This document shows, piece by piece, positions 30,882 through 52,224 of a stretch of 64,000 bases of DNA. The position numbers were made by a program, and so were the translations under genes. Source of the stretch: the human T2T-CHM13v2.0 reference genome, Homo sapiens; NCBI RefSeq assembly GCF_009914755.1, contig NC_060925.1, one strand, 5' to 3'. Numbering within the stretch: position 1 is the stretch's first letter; each line of letters starts with the position of its first letter. The notes under the pieces were generated by a model. It had not been told where the DNA came from. It did not search any database and worked only from the letters and a program-made list of their open reading frames with translations.

Positions 30882-31070
<189 letters not shown>

Positions 31071-31307
31071 TCATTTTAAATATTCAGCTATATGGTTGTA
31101 ATAATTTACAGTCCACTAGATATATAAGTTGTTCATAATTTCTCACTATTATAAACTATACTCTGATGCAATGTCCTTGTAGTTAAAAGTTGAAACAGAG
31201 TCTCAAACTCCACAAAAGTTGATCATTTTTGAAATGTAATTACCATTATCACCACCACCACCACTACCCAGAATTAGTCACCAACAGTAAATCCAACAGA
31301 TTCTCAC

Positions 31308-31397
31308 CTTCAGAAATGCTGGAGTCATGGAACATGGTTTCAAAAGCTTGGTGTGTTTCAGCAAAAGAGGGCCTATCGGCAGGGCTCCACTTCCAGC
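31308..31397 (-). CDS. ABL2: ABL2 exon 10 (kinase C-lobe end)
   Basis: [30 protein letters not shown]; catag| and |gtgaga; 90 nt. Confidence 0.96.
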
Positions 31398-31607
31398 CTA
31401 TGTAACAGAAGAAAAAATATTAAAAACTCCTTGCAGAAATTCAATATCCAGTGGTGTATCTAATAATGAGTTCTATGCATCATGATGCACACTTATTAAA
31501 GTACAGTTACAGCATGTTCACAATGATAGCAACATAGCCACTTCTCAGCTCTAGACTCAGAGGTATAATGAACCCACTTTCTAAATTCCTTTTTTCTTTT
31601 TCTTTGA

Positions 31608-31979
<372 letters not shown>

Positions 31980-32520
31980 TGACCTCAGGTGATCCACCCG
32001 CCTCAGCCTCCCAAAGCGCTGGGATTACAGGCTTGAGCCACTGCACCCAGCCAAAGTGAGCACACACAGCGATCTCAAGCTACTGTATTTTTTATGTAGA
32101 TGGGATTTTGCCACATTGCTCAGGTTGCTTTTGAACTCCTGAGCTCAAGCAATCTGCTCACTTCGGCCTCCCAAACTGCTAGAATTACAGGTGTGAGCCA
32201 CTGCACCTGGCCATTAACCCACTTTCTAAGGCTGGTGCTTCGATTTAGCCTCAGCTCCTATTCCCTCTAATAAAAGGATGAGGAGAAACAAGGAGATGTT
32301 TTAGAAAATGGCAAGTTTTCTTCCACTTGAAAATAAAAGAAGTAAAACCTGTCTTCAAACTCAGCCTAACCATATAATCAACTGTATATATTCAGAAATA
32401 TAAAAGGATATCAAAAAGGAGGATCTCAGAGTTCATTTTTGACAAAGTGCAACAGAGAACGTCAATGTTCAATGAGGAAACAACACAGACTTATGTTCAA
32501 ACACAACTGCAATTAGGACC

Positions 32521-33435
<915 letters not shown>

Positions 33436-33838
33436 AAACCCTGCAATTTAATCCACTATTCACTTTCCTACTTTTTCATCTGCAAGCAATCGGATGCTTC
33501 TGTTTATCTACCACAGAGGTTATTTTTATGCATTCTTCATAGTCTTTAGCAATCATTTTTATCTAGTTGAAAACGGCCCTCCCCACCTTAATCTCTAAAC
33601 TCAATTTCTTATCTTATTAAATATGCAAATGTCTCTGAGAAACTGGGTCAATATTTGGGCCATAACAACTATGCTTAGGATTCCAATAAGATTCAATGGT
33701 ATATGATATGACAACTGGCTGATCAATGATAAACTCTTTAAATGTCATGAGGCTGGATTCAATCTAACAACACTGAGAGGAGAAATGTTTCTAATTTTGT
33801 TAACTATTCTGAACTGCTAGCTTATGCCTTCAAAATTA

Positions 33839-34036
<198 letters not shown>

Positions 34037-34340
34037 TTAGTGTTTCTTCTCCGATTATTTATTTTACATAATTAGGTGATTCTCTTTCATATTTTAGGTA
34101 ACATTCACACACTGTTACAACAACATTAATATATAATATACTCTTTTATCAATTCTTACAGCATGATTTGTCCTTCTAAAATATTTGCAACAGGAATGCT
34201 GCAGATAATCTCAAGACAGTTTTATTTAAATTTCCCAATTTTTATTTAGATTTCCTTTACTGTAATGAGGGAAAATAAACTATGACCATTTAAGAAGTCT
34301 GAGGCATAATCCAACTATTCTTAGAAAAGTTTTTGATATA

Positions 34341-34707
34341 CAGTAGTCACCCCTTATCCATGGTTTCACTTCCCACAGTTTCAGCTACTCACAGTCAACC
34401 AAGGTCCAAAAATATTAAATAGAAAATTCCAGAAATAAACAATTCTAAAGTTTTAAATTGCATGCTGCCTTGAGTTGCATGATGAACTCTCAAGCCATGC
34501 TTCTCCTTCCCGCCTCGCACATAAATCATCCTTTTACTCAACATATCCACACCGTAGATGCTACCCACCCCTTAGTCACTGAGAAGACCTCTCGGTTATC
34601 AGATCAAAAAAAGATTATATATCCAGGGCTTGACACTATCCTTGGTTTCAGGCATCCAAGGGGGGGGTCTTAGAATGTATTCTCCTGAGGATAAAGGAGA
34701 ACCACTG
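34341..34707. mobile_element. MER44A-type (Tigger7) MITE
   Basis: TA|CAGTAGTCACCCCTTATCC...GGATAAAGGAGAACCACTG|TA with TA target duplication. Confidence 0.75.
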
Positions 34708-35510
34708 TATCTAAGAAGCATAACAGTTTTAAAGTCAGCTAATACAAGAGGAGTAAAATAAAAATGGATTCATTTAAAATCAGATAAAATTCAGAGCAGA
34801 AAAAAATTTGTTTGATTTTGTCTCAGTTATTTGAGTTTGAGATTTCCAGTAAAAAATGACTTAGAATCCTATGACTATTTCTATTGGTCCACAATCCAAA
34901 TTTCCAGATTGTTCAGTCTACTAAGCTTCAACCAAATCATATTACCTCTCAGAGCAGTAGAAACCAGATCAATTAGGACAAATTCTAGAGGAAACCTCAT
35001 CACACTTCCCTCGAAAAAAAAAAAAGCTCTGTGTCACAGTACTCTGCAAATGAGTGATAAAACCTAATGTGAGGCTGAGCACAGTGGCTCATGCCTGTAA
35101 TCCCAACACTTTGGGAGGCCAAGGCAGGTGGATCATTTGAGGTCAGGAGTTCGAGACCAGCCTGGCCAACATGGCAAAACCTCATCTCTACTACTATGAC
35201 AAAAATTAGCCGGGCATGGTGATGCATGCCTGTAGTCCCAGCAACTCTGGAGGCTGAGGCAGGAGAATCGCTTGAACCCGGGAGATGGGAGGTTGCAGTG
35301 AGCTGAGATTGTGCCACTGCACTCCAGCCTGGACAACAGAGCAAGGCTCTGTCTCAAAAATAAAAACAAAAAACCTAATGTGGAAATAGGATGCTTTACA
35401 GAGGGAGGATCATTAGCACTCCAATGCAATAAGAGATCTAGACTGTGAGCTCTCTGAAGGCAGGGACTTCTTTTTTAAAACTTTCTTCTTTCTTTTTTTT
35501 TTTTGTTTGA

Positions 35511-35669
<159 letters not shown>

Positions 35670-35794
35670 TAGTAGACACAGGGTTTTTCCATGTTGGTCA
35701 GGCTGGTCTCAAACTCCTGACCTCAGGTTGTCCACCTGCCTCGGCCTCCCAAAGTGCTGGGATTACAGGCATGAGCCACTGTGCCTGGCCCTAA

Positions 35795-35995
<201 letters not shown>

Positions 35996-36245
35996 TAGTA
36001 GAGATGGGAGTTCACCATGTTGGCCAGGCTGGTCTCGAACTCTTGACCTCAAGTGATCCACCCATCTCGGCCCAAAGTGCTGTAATTACAAACGTGAGCC
36101 ACCACACCAGGCCTATACTTCTGTTTATGCAAAGTTCTTAACACAGTCCTGGCAGATAGGAGGTATTTAACAAATGCTTGCTGAATAACTGAAGAAGAAT
36201 GGCAGGTAAAGGTAGAGGATACTGAACATCGTAAGAGAAGCTCTA

Positions 36246-36512
<267 letters not shown>

Positions 36513-37130
36513 CTAATGTGATTCCATTCAGATGGTGAGGAAAATGGTCATGAACACTCTATTCTTGGTTTTGTGTTATAGGCAGAGTTAAGTAAGTGCT
36601 GACAAATATGGTAGTATCTTCTGATAATCACTAACACCTTAGAAAGCCACTAATGATATGTCACTGTAGAGCACTCATCAAGATGCGGAATAAAGCAGGC
36701 TTTATAAAATGGGTCCCTATTTATAAGTACACTGGGATAGGTGAGCAATAGATGCTTTTCTACAAGACTAAGTTATTTACTAATGCAGAAAACTATTTTA
36801 AAAATTCAGCCACTAGGCCAGGTGTGGTGGCTCACGCCTGTAATCCTAGCACTTTGGGAGGCCAAGGTGGGTGTATCTCCTGAGCTCAAGAGTTCAGGAC
36901 CAGCCGGGGCAACATGGCGAAACCCAGTCTACAAAAAAAAAACAAAAAACAAAACAAACAAAAAAAAACCATAAAAAAACACTTAGCCGGGCATGGTGGC
37001 ATATTCCCGTAATCCCAGCTACTCAGGAGGCTGAGGTGGGAGGATGGCTTGAACCCAGGAGGCTGAGGGTGCAGTAAGCTAAGATCGCATCACTGCATTC
37101 CAGCCTGGGCGATGGAGCCAGCCTGTCTCA

Positions 37131-37340
<210 letters not shown>

Positions 37341-37565
37341 TTAAGAGAGTTCTCAGGTTTGAGAATAGCAAAGGCCCCTTATTAATACTTTAATCAGAGT
37401 ACAGTAGGTTTACAAGTTAGAAGTGACATTATAATGGGCCCTGTGAAATACAAAATTACTTTCTTGAATCATCTGAAATTTTCTGGGAAGGTTCTCACAT
37501 TCTTCCTTTTATCTGCATGTCAAGCAAGATGGCTTCATGGTTGGTCAGAGGTAAGTTTTACACAC

Positions 37566-37743
37566 CTATGGATGAAATTCTTCTTCTCTAAGTACTCCAT
37601 TGCAGAAGAAATCTGAGTGGCCATGTAGAGCAGCACAACTGCAGTCACCTCTTCTCGGTTGCATTCTCGGAGGTAATCCAGCAAATTCCCGTATGGCATG
37701 TATTCAGTCACAATGTAAAATGGTGGCTCCAAAGTACACACAC
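37566..37743 (-). CDS. ABL2: ABL2 exon 7 (gatekeeper/hinge)
   Basis: [24 protein letters not shown]...KKNFIH; 178 nt. Confidence 0.97.
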
Positions 37744-39118
37744 CTAAAAGTTGAACAATAGTGCTTGTTTTTATTAGCGTACATTCAAACACTCCAAACC
37801 ACTTTGGCCAAGAATAATTTGACAATTTTTCAGGTCTAGTTCGGCAATAATCTTTTCCCTTCTTACCACCACGTTCTCTGAAATTAATAAGCAAAAACTA
37901 AGAAGCTGGTTTATAAGGGAGTCCTTGCTTTCACTGTATTGTTCTCTGGGAATTCATATGCCTCTGAGTATTTGTCTATTTGAGCAAAAGCAGAGTTACC
38001 TGTATTAATTCTATAAGGGGCCAAGAAAACCAACATGTCTAGAGTTTTGCACATGGCCCATGATTCTCCTCCTCAACTGCAGGCTAACAATACTTATTCA
38101 AAAGTAATAGCAATTGTGCACAAGCTGAAGACTATGTGAGCCCCACCTGCAATACTGCTTTGCAAAATGATTTTCATCATTTCCATAGTCAAGGATTTCA
38201 CTGATATATGGCAGATTCCTTATAAAAAACCAACAAGAGGCCGGGTGCAGTGGCTCATGCCTGTAATCCTAGCACTTTGGGAGGCTGAGGCAGGCAGATC
38301 GCCTGAGCCCAGCAGTTCAAGACTTGACTGTCCAACATAGCAAAACCCTGTCTCTACTACAAAAATTAGCTGGGCGTGGTGATGCACGTTGAGGCACGAG
38401 AATAGCTTGAACCTGGGAGGTGGAGGTTGCAGTGAGCCAGGATCATGCCACTGCACTCCAGCCAGGGTGACAGAGCAAGACTCTGTATTTAAAAAACAAA
38501 CAAAAAAAAACACCCCCCACACCCCCCCAAAAAAAAGAAAAAAAAAAAAACCTGGCCCTATTTTTAAAAAGGAAAAAGGCTTAGTAAAAGAGTTCTTTGT
38601 GACCTGAACAGTGAAAAGCCAATCTAACATAATAAAGCATTTCCTGCTTGTAAAGGTAAACTGAGGGGTGTGGTCACAGTTTTTAATTTGCTTCTTTTCA
38701 ACAGTCCTTTGTTTAATGTCTCTTTATTTTGCAAAAACATTTCATGAGTTTTTGGTTCAGTACCATTTTCAACACTTCTGAACTTTGAATCTGGGGCAAT
38801 TAGTACAAACTGAGCAGTTTTATACACCAAAATCAATCCAGGCCACTGTTTCTTGGGCTATTTTTAAACACAGAACCTACTGATTAAAATAACTATTTAT
38901 TGAAGTGGATTCAAACCTGCAGCTTCCACCATGGTGACTAAAAAGAAAGGTTTGGGGGAGGAAAAAAGGCGGGGCATGGTGGCTCATGCCTGTAATCCCA
39001 ACATATTGAAAGGCCCAGGCGGAAGTATCACGTCAACAGCAGCCTGGACAACAGAGTGAGACCCTGTCTCTATATTTAAAAAGAAAAAAAAAAAGCATTT
39101 GGAGATAACAAGGGGTTA

Positions 39119-39253
<135 letters not shown>

Positions 39254-40572
39254 CTAGAAAAAGGGAAAGGTAAGAAAGAAGAAAACGAGAGGGACAAACC
39301 CTCAACTTAAAATCATTTGATTCATCTCACAATCCTAAAGCTTCAGCTTTAAAAGTAAAAAGTATCTTTTGAATATTTTAGCATATTACAAGATATAATT
39401 ATTATTTTAATTTAATTTATTTTTTTGAGACACGGTCTCGCTCTGTTACCCAGGTTGGGGTGAAGTGGTGTGATCTCACTGCAACCTCCGCTTCCTGGGC
39501 TCAAGCGATTCTCCTGGCTCAGCCTCCCAAGTAGCTGGGATTACAGGCATGCACGACCATGCCTGGCTACTTTTTGTATTTTTAGTAGAGACGGGGTTTT
39601 GCAATGTTGGCCAGGATGCTCTCCTGACCTCAGGTGATTCGCCCACCTGAGCTCCCCAAATTGCTGGGATTACAGGTGTGAGCCACCACGCCCAGCTGAA
39701 ATAATTATTATTTTAAGAAGTCCAACTTAGAAAGAAAAATGCCCTGGAGTAAAAATTAGCAGGAGGAGCAAAATTCAGCAATCGTGTCCTATAATCAACT
39801 GAAACACAGGAGCCCTGTATTGGATAGTTCAGTTCTCTCATAGTTTACTTCTCCAGATATCTCAGGCTTTGAATGACGAGACAGAGCACTTAGCTGCTTA
39901 CATACTTATCTTCTTGCTTAGATCATAATCTTCTTAGAGAGCAAGGCCTTATATATTGCTTCACACTCAGAATATGCTTAAGAAACAGAACTGACTACTA
40001 CTTATAGCTAAAGAATAGCCCTTATAAGTGATACACCAGAGACAGTTACTGAGGCTCTGGGAGAATCAAGTGAGTGAAAACCTTATAATTTGATACTGGG
40101 ATGTTTAAAGGAGACATATAGTAGTACTACGAAAAAGATTTCTGTTAATATTAAGAAGTGATCTAACTGCAAAGAGACAGGAGGAACAAGAACAAGGGAG
40201 AGAAAGGACAGAACAAGAAAGAGGCCCATGACTCTCAGACAAGAATTCTGTCCAGCAGGGGTCGTTCTCAGGAAGCAAAAGAGCTTATTTTGCTTTTATA
40301 ACTTTTAATTTGCTTCTAACCTCCCACTAAGATCTACATCAACAGCCTCCAGAGACAGACCTTTCCCACATGTGGGTTTCACTGCATTGCAGTGAATAAT
40401 CTACCTCTGCATTGTCAGCAATGGCACTAGGGTTAATCATCTCAATTTGCTGATGTGCTTGGCACTAGTGGGTGGAAAGTGTTCCAAAGTTAAAGAAGGG
40501 CATGCTGATATTTCCAAGTGATTGAGCACAAAAGAAAAAGATGCCTGAAAACTGTAATTCTCAGCAACCCAC

Positions 40573-40845
40573 CTTCAATGTTTTCACAGCAACTGTAAGG
40601 CTGTATTTCTTCCAGACGCCAACGTAAACCTCTCCATACTGACCGCCCCCAAGTTTGTGCTTCATGGTAATATCTGTTCGCTCCATTTCCCATTTGTCGT
40701 GGATGGGGGACACACCATAGACTGTAGGCTTATTACACTTGGGTGCTGGGTAGTGTAATGTTGTCACCAGCCCATCAGCCACTGTGGAGTGATGGTGTAC
40801 AAGCTCTGCCAAGGTGCTGAAGCGGCTCTCAGCAGTCACATACAC
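40573..40845 (-). CDS. ABL2: ABL2 exon 5 (SH2 end, linker, P-loop)
   Basis: VYVTAESRF...[12 protein letters not shown]...VAVKTLK; 273 nt. Confidence 0.98.
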
Positions 40846-40879
40846 CTGGTAAGAAAAGGAGAAAAGCTAAACAACTTGA

Positions 40880-44480
<3,601 letters not shown>

Positions 44481-45354
44481 TATTATTACACATCTGATTC
44501 TGTTCTGTTTGGTCAAGAGGAAACATACTATGTCTGTATGCTGGTGCAAAAGTGAAAGAAAATTAAAAATTTACTTATTTTCTACTTTGTATCAGTCATT
44601 ATGTTTTACAGAAATTACTTCATTTAATCCTTACAACAACCCAATAAAGTGGGATCTAATTACAGACAGGGAAATTGAGACTTATATAAGGTCACAATCA
44701 GATCTGCTTGCTCCAAAGCCTGTGCTTCCCCCACAGCTTGCCTATCACATAGAGGAGAATAGAAGAAATAATTCAACCTAAATTTACTGCTCAACAGATA
44801 ACCAACGGACATAAGCTCATGCTCTGTAGTTTATAATGTGTAAACACACTGTAACACATCCATTCTAACTAACATGGTTGGTGTTCCCAATATACAAACT
44901 GTTCAATGACTGAATGATCCGTTTCAGTTAATATACATTAATGATCGACACCAAGCTCAAAAGTCTAAATTCTTACTCTGTGAACTTTCTGGTAGATATT
45001 ATTCTAATTTTCAATGATACAATGTTAACTGATAAACTCTATACCAGTGCACTGGGTGTATATTTGTGTACTGATTATAAGAACAGCTAACTTATAGAGC
45101 AGTTCCCTTCATTCTTCACCTTCAAATCTAGCTTATCTTTAAAATATTAATATAATACTGTTTTTAAAAATTTCTATTACCATATCCTTTTCAAGAGTAC
45201 AAGCTCTAACATGCCAAAAAGCCCAAACTCACAAAGCTAGTGAATATTTTATTTCACGTCAGACATAAAATCTATTATTTCACTTCAATCACGTTGAATA
45301 TTATTTCACAGAGTAGCCAGTCCATGCTTAAAGGTGGTGACCAGGGAGTCTTAC

Positions 45355-45650
45355 CTTGCCATCTGCAGTGGTATTGATCCTGTAGTGATACACACGTCCC
45401 TCGTACCTGAGCGAGATGGACAGCTGCCCAGGGCTACTCTCACTTTCTCGCACCAGGAAGCTGCCATTGATTAGACTGCTGAGCAGATACTCAGCTGCAC
45501 TGCGTGACACAGGTCCATGGTACCAGGAGTGTTTTTCCAGGCTGTTCACTGGGGTGATGTAGTTGCTTGGCACCCAGCCCTGCCCATTCTTAGAGCGAAC
45601 TTCACTCCACTCACCATTCTGGTTGTAACCAAGGACTCGTAGCTTTTCAC
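45355..45650 (-). CDS. ABL2: ABL2 exon 4 (SH3 end, SH2)
   Basis: GEKLRVLGY...GWVPSNYI...WYHG...FLVRESES...ADGK; 296 nt. Confidence 0.98.
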
Positions 45651-46808
45651 CTAGCCATAAGGTCATCACAGGATGAAAGAAACGATGTTAAGACTTTATT
45701 TCAACTGAAGCAGTGTACTGTCAAACTTTAAACTCATTAAAAAAAAAAAAGAATCTAGAACTTTTATGCCAAATTTTTTTTTTAAATAATGAAAACAAAC
45801 TTGGCTGTTCATCATATCCTGATTGCTCTCTTTAGCTTTTAGCTTAACCACAGAAGTATGGTCACAAATGGTTTTCTGGCATTTACTACAGGGTTTTAAA
45901 AGTCTATATACAACTTAAAAAATATCCTTAGGAAATTCTATGTATGCCAGACAGGTTACTAAAATGGCTGGAAAAGGACACAGTGCTCACTCTTCAAAAG
46001 AAGAAAATTCACTTTCCCTCAAAAGTTTATCAAGGAATGTATCTTATATATGATTCAATGTTAACAACAATCAAGGATTAGGGATAAGACATGTGAGATA
46101 CAAAGTGACTTCTAAATTTCACTTGGCACCAAGGCAACAAAACCACTGATGTAAAAAAACAAAAACAAAAACAAAAAATGAACAAACAAAAAAAAACACG
46201 GACCACAGAGTTTTCAGCAAGAAAACTGTTTAGTGGGGTGAGGGGAATGGGCAGTTAGGACTCCCAAAACACAATCCCTTCCAGAATGCAAGTTTAAAAA
46301 TAGCTATAGCTTTCTTATTTCCTTCCTAGTTCCCACAAAGAATGAATCACTCCTTTCCATTCCACATTAAAATCAGTGTGTGGAATGGCAAGCTCACTCT
46401 GAAGTTGGAAACCAAAACCCAAGTCACTCAGTGTATCTTTGCTGTCAACTTCAATGTTCTTAATTTTTCTATTAAAATTGTGAACATCAAGTTCAGACTT
46501 CAACATATAACTTGCCCCGATACTTGCAGCACAAATTAGGTTTCTTTGACAAAACAGAAAAAGTGAAAGAGATATCACTAGTGATAAATAAATGCTAATC
46601 TAAAGAATCCTTGTAGTGCCTCAGGCTCTTATCTCTAAGAGATGCAAGTCTTCCTACAGCATTCACATCTACTTCTTCAGTGTCAAAAAGTAGAAGGAAG
46701 CCAAGTCAATCAAAAGCACATGGCCATGGCTGAGCGTGGTGTCTCATGCCTGTAATCCCAGCACTTTGGGAGGCTGAGAGGGGCGGATCACCTAAGGTCA
46801 GGAGTTCA

Positions 46809-47398
<590 letters not shown>

Positions 47399-48451
47399 CT
47401 AAAAATAAAGAATATTAGTACTTTGTATATATATCTATATATACATTTTTTAATATTGTTGCTTCCTTGAAAAGAATTGGTAATAACAGGCTATCATAAT
47501 TAAGATACAGTCAAAGACCCCAGGATTTTTTGTTTGTTGTTCTTTTTTTGTCAGTTATCAGGAAAATTTTTCTACCCTGGAAGTTTTGACTACCATGGAA
47601 ACTGATAGGGGGATGACTAGTATGGATTCAAATATTGGCCAAACTGGCAGAGCAACCCTAGGGAGAACTTTTTTGTTTGTTTTGAAACAGGTCTCCCTCT
47701 GTCGCCACGCGGCAGTGCAGCGGTGCAAACACAGCTCACTGTAACCTCAACTTCTCAGGCTCAAGTGATCCTCAGACCTCAGCCCCCCAAGTACCTGGGT
47801 CTACAGGTGCATGCCACTGCCCCTGGCTAATTTTTAAATTTTTTGTAGAGACAGGGGTCTCACTACATTGCCTAGGCTGGTTTTGAACTCCTAGGCTCAC
47901 GCAATCCTCCTGCCTCAACCTCCCAAAGTGCTGAGAATACAGGGATGAGCCACTGCGCTTGGCTGGTAGAACTTTAAAAAAAAAAAATTCAAGCAAAATA
48001 TCATTTTCAATCAAAAACTAAAGTGTTGCTTTATTTTTTAAATATATTTTCTTGTCTTTTAAAATAATAAAATAGCTTTAGTATGACATCATTTTAAATT
48101 AGTGAGAACCTGATATAAAAATTTGGCATTCTGTGGATTTTAAGAGAAACCACTGTTGGTCATAAGATAAAGGCCAGTCATAACCCATAAGTGAGGAATC
48201 AACAGTCTTTCTTTATCAATGTTTCCTTGATGACTGGGCTATCTTGAAAAAACAACAGGAAAACATACCTATGAAAGAATTTCTGAGTCATCACTTCACA
48301 AATTTCTCCAGTGAAGAATCAATAAAGGTAAAATCAAGTATATTGTAGTCCAAAGAGACTACTACACAATATAAACTTTCTGGCTGGGCGTGGTGGCTCA
48401 CGCCTGTAACCCCAGCACTTTGGGAGGCTGAAGCAGGTGGATCACAGGTCA

Positions 48452-48712
<261 letters not shown>

Positions 48713-49702
48713 TTACGTAAAATGTTCCTACAACTGCATAAACACAACCCCCACATACATAACATGTATCATCCTGTCCCCAAAACTATCCAAAAGCAGG
48801 AAGTAAAACTGACACTAGGAGATGATGCACTTTTACTTTCACTTTTAATTCTGTCCTATGTACAATTGGCCAGCACATGCAACTACCATGAAGGTTAGAC
48901 TCACTATACACCTATTCTTTTGTTTTTGTTTTTTTAAGAGACGGCATCTCACTCTGTCGCCCAGGCTGGGGTGCAGTGGCACCATCTCAGCTCAATGCAA
49001 CCTCCCCGTCCCAAGTTCAAGCAATTATCCTGCCTCAGCCTCCTGAGTAGCTAGGACTACAGGCACATGCCGCTACACACGGCTAATGTCTTTTGTATTT
49101 TAGTAGAGATGGGGTTTCACCGTGTTGCCCAGGCTGGTCTCAAACTCCTGAGCTCAGACAATCCACCAGCCTCGGCTTCCCAAAGTGCTAGATTACAGGC
49201 GTGAGCCACTGTGCCTGGTCACACCTATTCTAATTGAACTGTGGCTAAGATGAGCCATGTTGCCAGACCTCACTGCTACTCAGAATGTCTGCGAACTTGA
49301 CTGCCTATCTGAGGACTGTTCATTCATTACTAGTCCACAGTGAGATTAAGAACTTCAACTAAATGTAAACCAACTATATCACTAAGCACACTATTTATTA
49401 CTTAGTTCAGCTAATAGTTTTACCTTTTGGAGCAAGGCTTTCTGCATGAAGATAGTAGTTCAGTGTTTCACATTCTGGCATAAGCATCTTACCTTGTTGT
49501 GGACCATTTTTGAGTAGCACTGGCCTAGACAACATAAATGTCTATTGTTTGTGTTTATATAGATTAGTGAAAGGAATGGTAGGAAAGGTTTATTTGATTT
49601 CCATTATAGTAATATTCTCAAGAGAGTGGTAGTTTATTTCCGTGGGAAATTCTTATAAAAGGGAACATTAAGAACATGACCAAATAAAATCAATCATTAT
49701 TG

Positions 49703-49706
<4 letters not shown>

Positions 49707-49756
<50 letters not shown>

Positions 49757-49770
49757 CACACACGCATGCA
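49707..49770. repeat. (TG)23 microsatellite extended to 64 bp of alternating purine/pyrimidine
   Basis: TG 49707-49752, then TACGCACACACGCATGCA. Confidence 0.95.
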
Positions 49771-50091
49771 AAGGCAAAAAAAAGTAACTTTTATGAGAAA
49801 GAAATAGGATTATGGGGAGATTATCCTTGTGTACATGAACTGGATTGCTAGTCTGCCTAAGCTTATTCTTACCTTTTGAACATATGAAAGCCACTGCCGG
49901 GGAAAAAAATGTATTTCAGGATAATTTTTTTTTTTTTTTCTTTTTTGAGATGGAGTCTCACTCTGTCACCCAGGCTGGAGTGCAGTGGTGTGATCTCAGC
50001 TCACTGCAACCTCTGCCTCCCGAGTTCAAGTGATTCTCATGCCTCAGCCTCCTGAGTAGCTGGGACTACAGGCATGGGCTACCACGCCTGA

Positions 50092-50247
<156 letters not shown>

Positions 50248-50298
50248 TAATCATTAATGAAAACTGAAAAGTGAAAGGATGCTACATAGAAGCCTCAC

Positions 50299-50469
50299 CT
50301 TTAGTGATGCTGAGTGTGTTATCACCACTTGCTACAAAATCATAAAGTGCAACGAAGAGATTAGGGTCACTCTCAGTGGCTCCGAGCAAGTTCTCCTTGG
50401 AGCTCCACCTGATAGCCTCATTTAGTGCCTGGGGTTCAACATCACAACCATAGGGACGATGCAAAGCTT
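50299..50469 (-). CDS. ABL2: ABL2 exon 3 (cap, SH3 start)
   Basis: EALHRPYGC...RWSSKENL...[19 protein letters not shown]; 171 nt, phase 1-1. Confidence 0.97.
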
Positions 50470-51769
50470 CTGAAAGACATAAGAAGGGAAGGGAATTCAC
50501 GGTGAGTTCAACAGCGAAACATTTGTTTGAATTCATTATATACACAGTATTTCAGCTGCTGGCTCCAGAGTAGGAAAGAACTGTACAGTATAAAGTGTTA
50601 TGAAGAATTAGCAAATAGGCACTGTGTCTCCTAAGCATGAGGAAGCAATTTACTTGTTGAAAATGTAAAACAAGGTAGTCAGAGAAAAGACCACAAAATG
50701 AGAGTTTAGCCGTGATTTATATGCACTCACCAAAATCAGACATAAACTAATAGGAAACGCAGTTTTCTCAAAATGGAAAAAAGAATCTCAAAGAGAAATG
50801 GTTACTAGCTTTATAAAACATAGAGGATATTTTGTTGTAGTAGTGGTTGTAGTTTTAAGGAAGAAATGATTGTAAGTTTCTTACAAGTCCACTCAAACTA
50901 CCCTTATTCCTTTCTCTCTCCACAGAAAACAAACTGTAGAAAAGACAACAGGGATTATTTTTCAGAATTAGGTAATACTGTATAAATCCAGGCCCTCTAT
51001 TTAAGTATAGAAAAAATTATTTAAAAAGTGCTTTTAGAAAAATATCTTTTTTTGGCCAACATGGCAAAAAATAATCTTTTTTTCGTTTTAAAAAAACAAA
51101 AGAAATGTGGCCGCACCCGGCCTGAATGACTTTTAAACTCTATTTTGTTTTCCTGAGCAGTGATTTTTTGTAAATATCAATAACTTAATTGAAGAGCCTA
51201 GAAAACATTACTATCATCGGGCATTTATTGAGTTTCTACTCAAAGTGGTCCAAGCCTTTTACGACCTGTTTTTTCCTTAAGCCTTTACAGTTTCTAAATT
51301 TATTCATAGTACATAGCACAGGTGATCCCTATACCATCTTAAAGATCACCTGCTTCTCACAGCCCAGATCGATTATACAAAAAACAGTTTTTCCAGTATC
51401 AATTTTCTTGATCAGACTATTTTTAGTGCCTGTCTACAAAGGCAAACTATCCAAATGTCTATGTCATATAACAACACTTTTATGTCTCTCTTCCTCCACT
51501 TATGATTATTATGATTATTATTATTATTATCATTATTATTTTGAGATGGAGTTTCGCTCTTGTTGCCCAGGCTGGAGTGCAATGGCGTGATCTCGGCTTA
51601 CTGAAACCTCTGCCTCCCGAGTTCAAGCGTGATTCTCCTGCCTCAGCCTCCCAAGTAGCTGGGATTACAGGCGCCTGCCACCATACCCAGCTAATTTTTC
51701 TGTATTTTTAGTAGAGACAGGATTTTACCATGTTGGCCAGGTTGGTCTTGAACTCCTGACCTCAGGTGA

Positions 51770-52081
<312 letters not shown>

Positions 52082-52224
52082 TGATCTGCCCGCCTTGGCC
52101 TCCCAAAGTGCTGGGATTACTAACGTGAGCCACCACACCCAGCCAGGCCAACTTATTTTTAATATAAAAATAGTTTTATCATATATGAAAGGAAAAACCC
52201 TTGAATTTGTGGTTCCATTTATTT

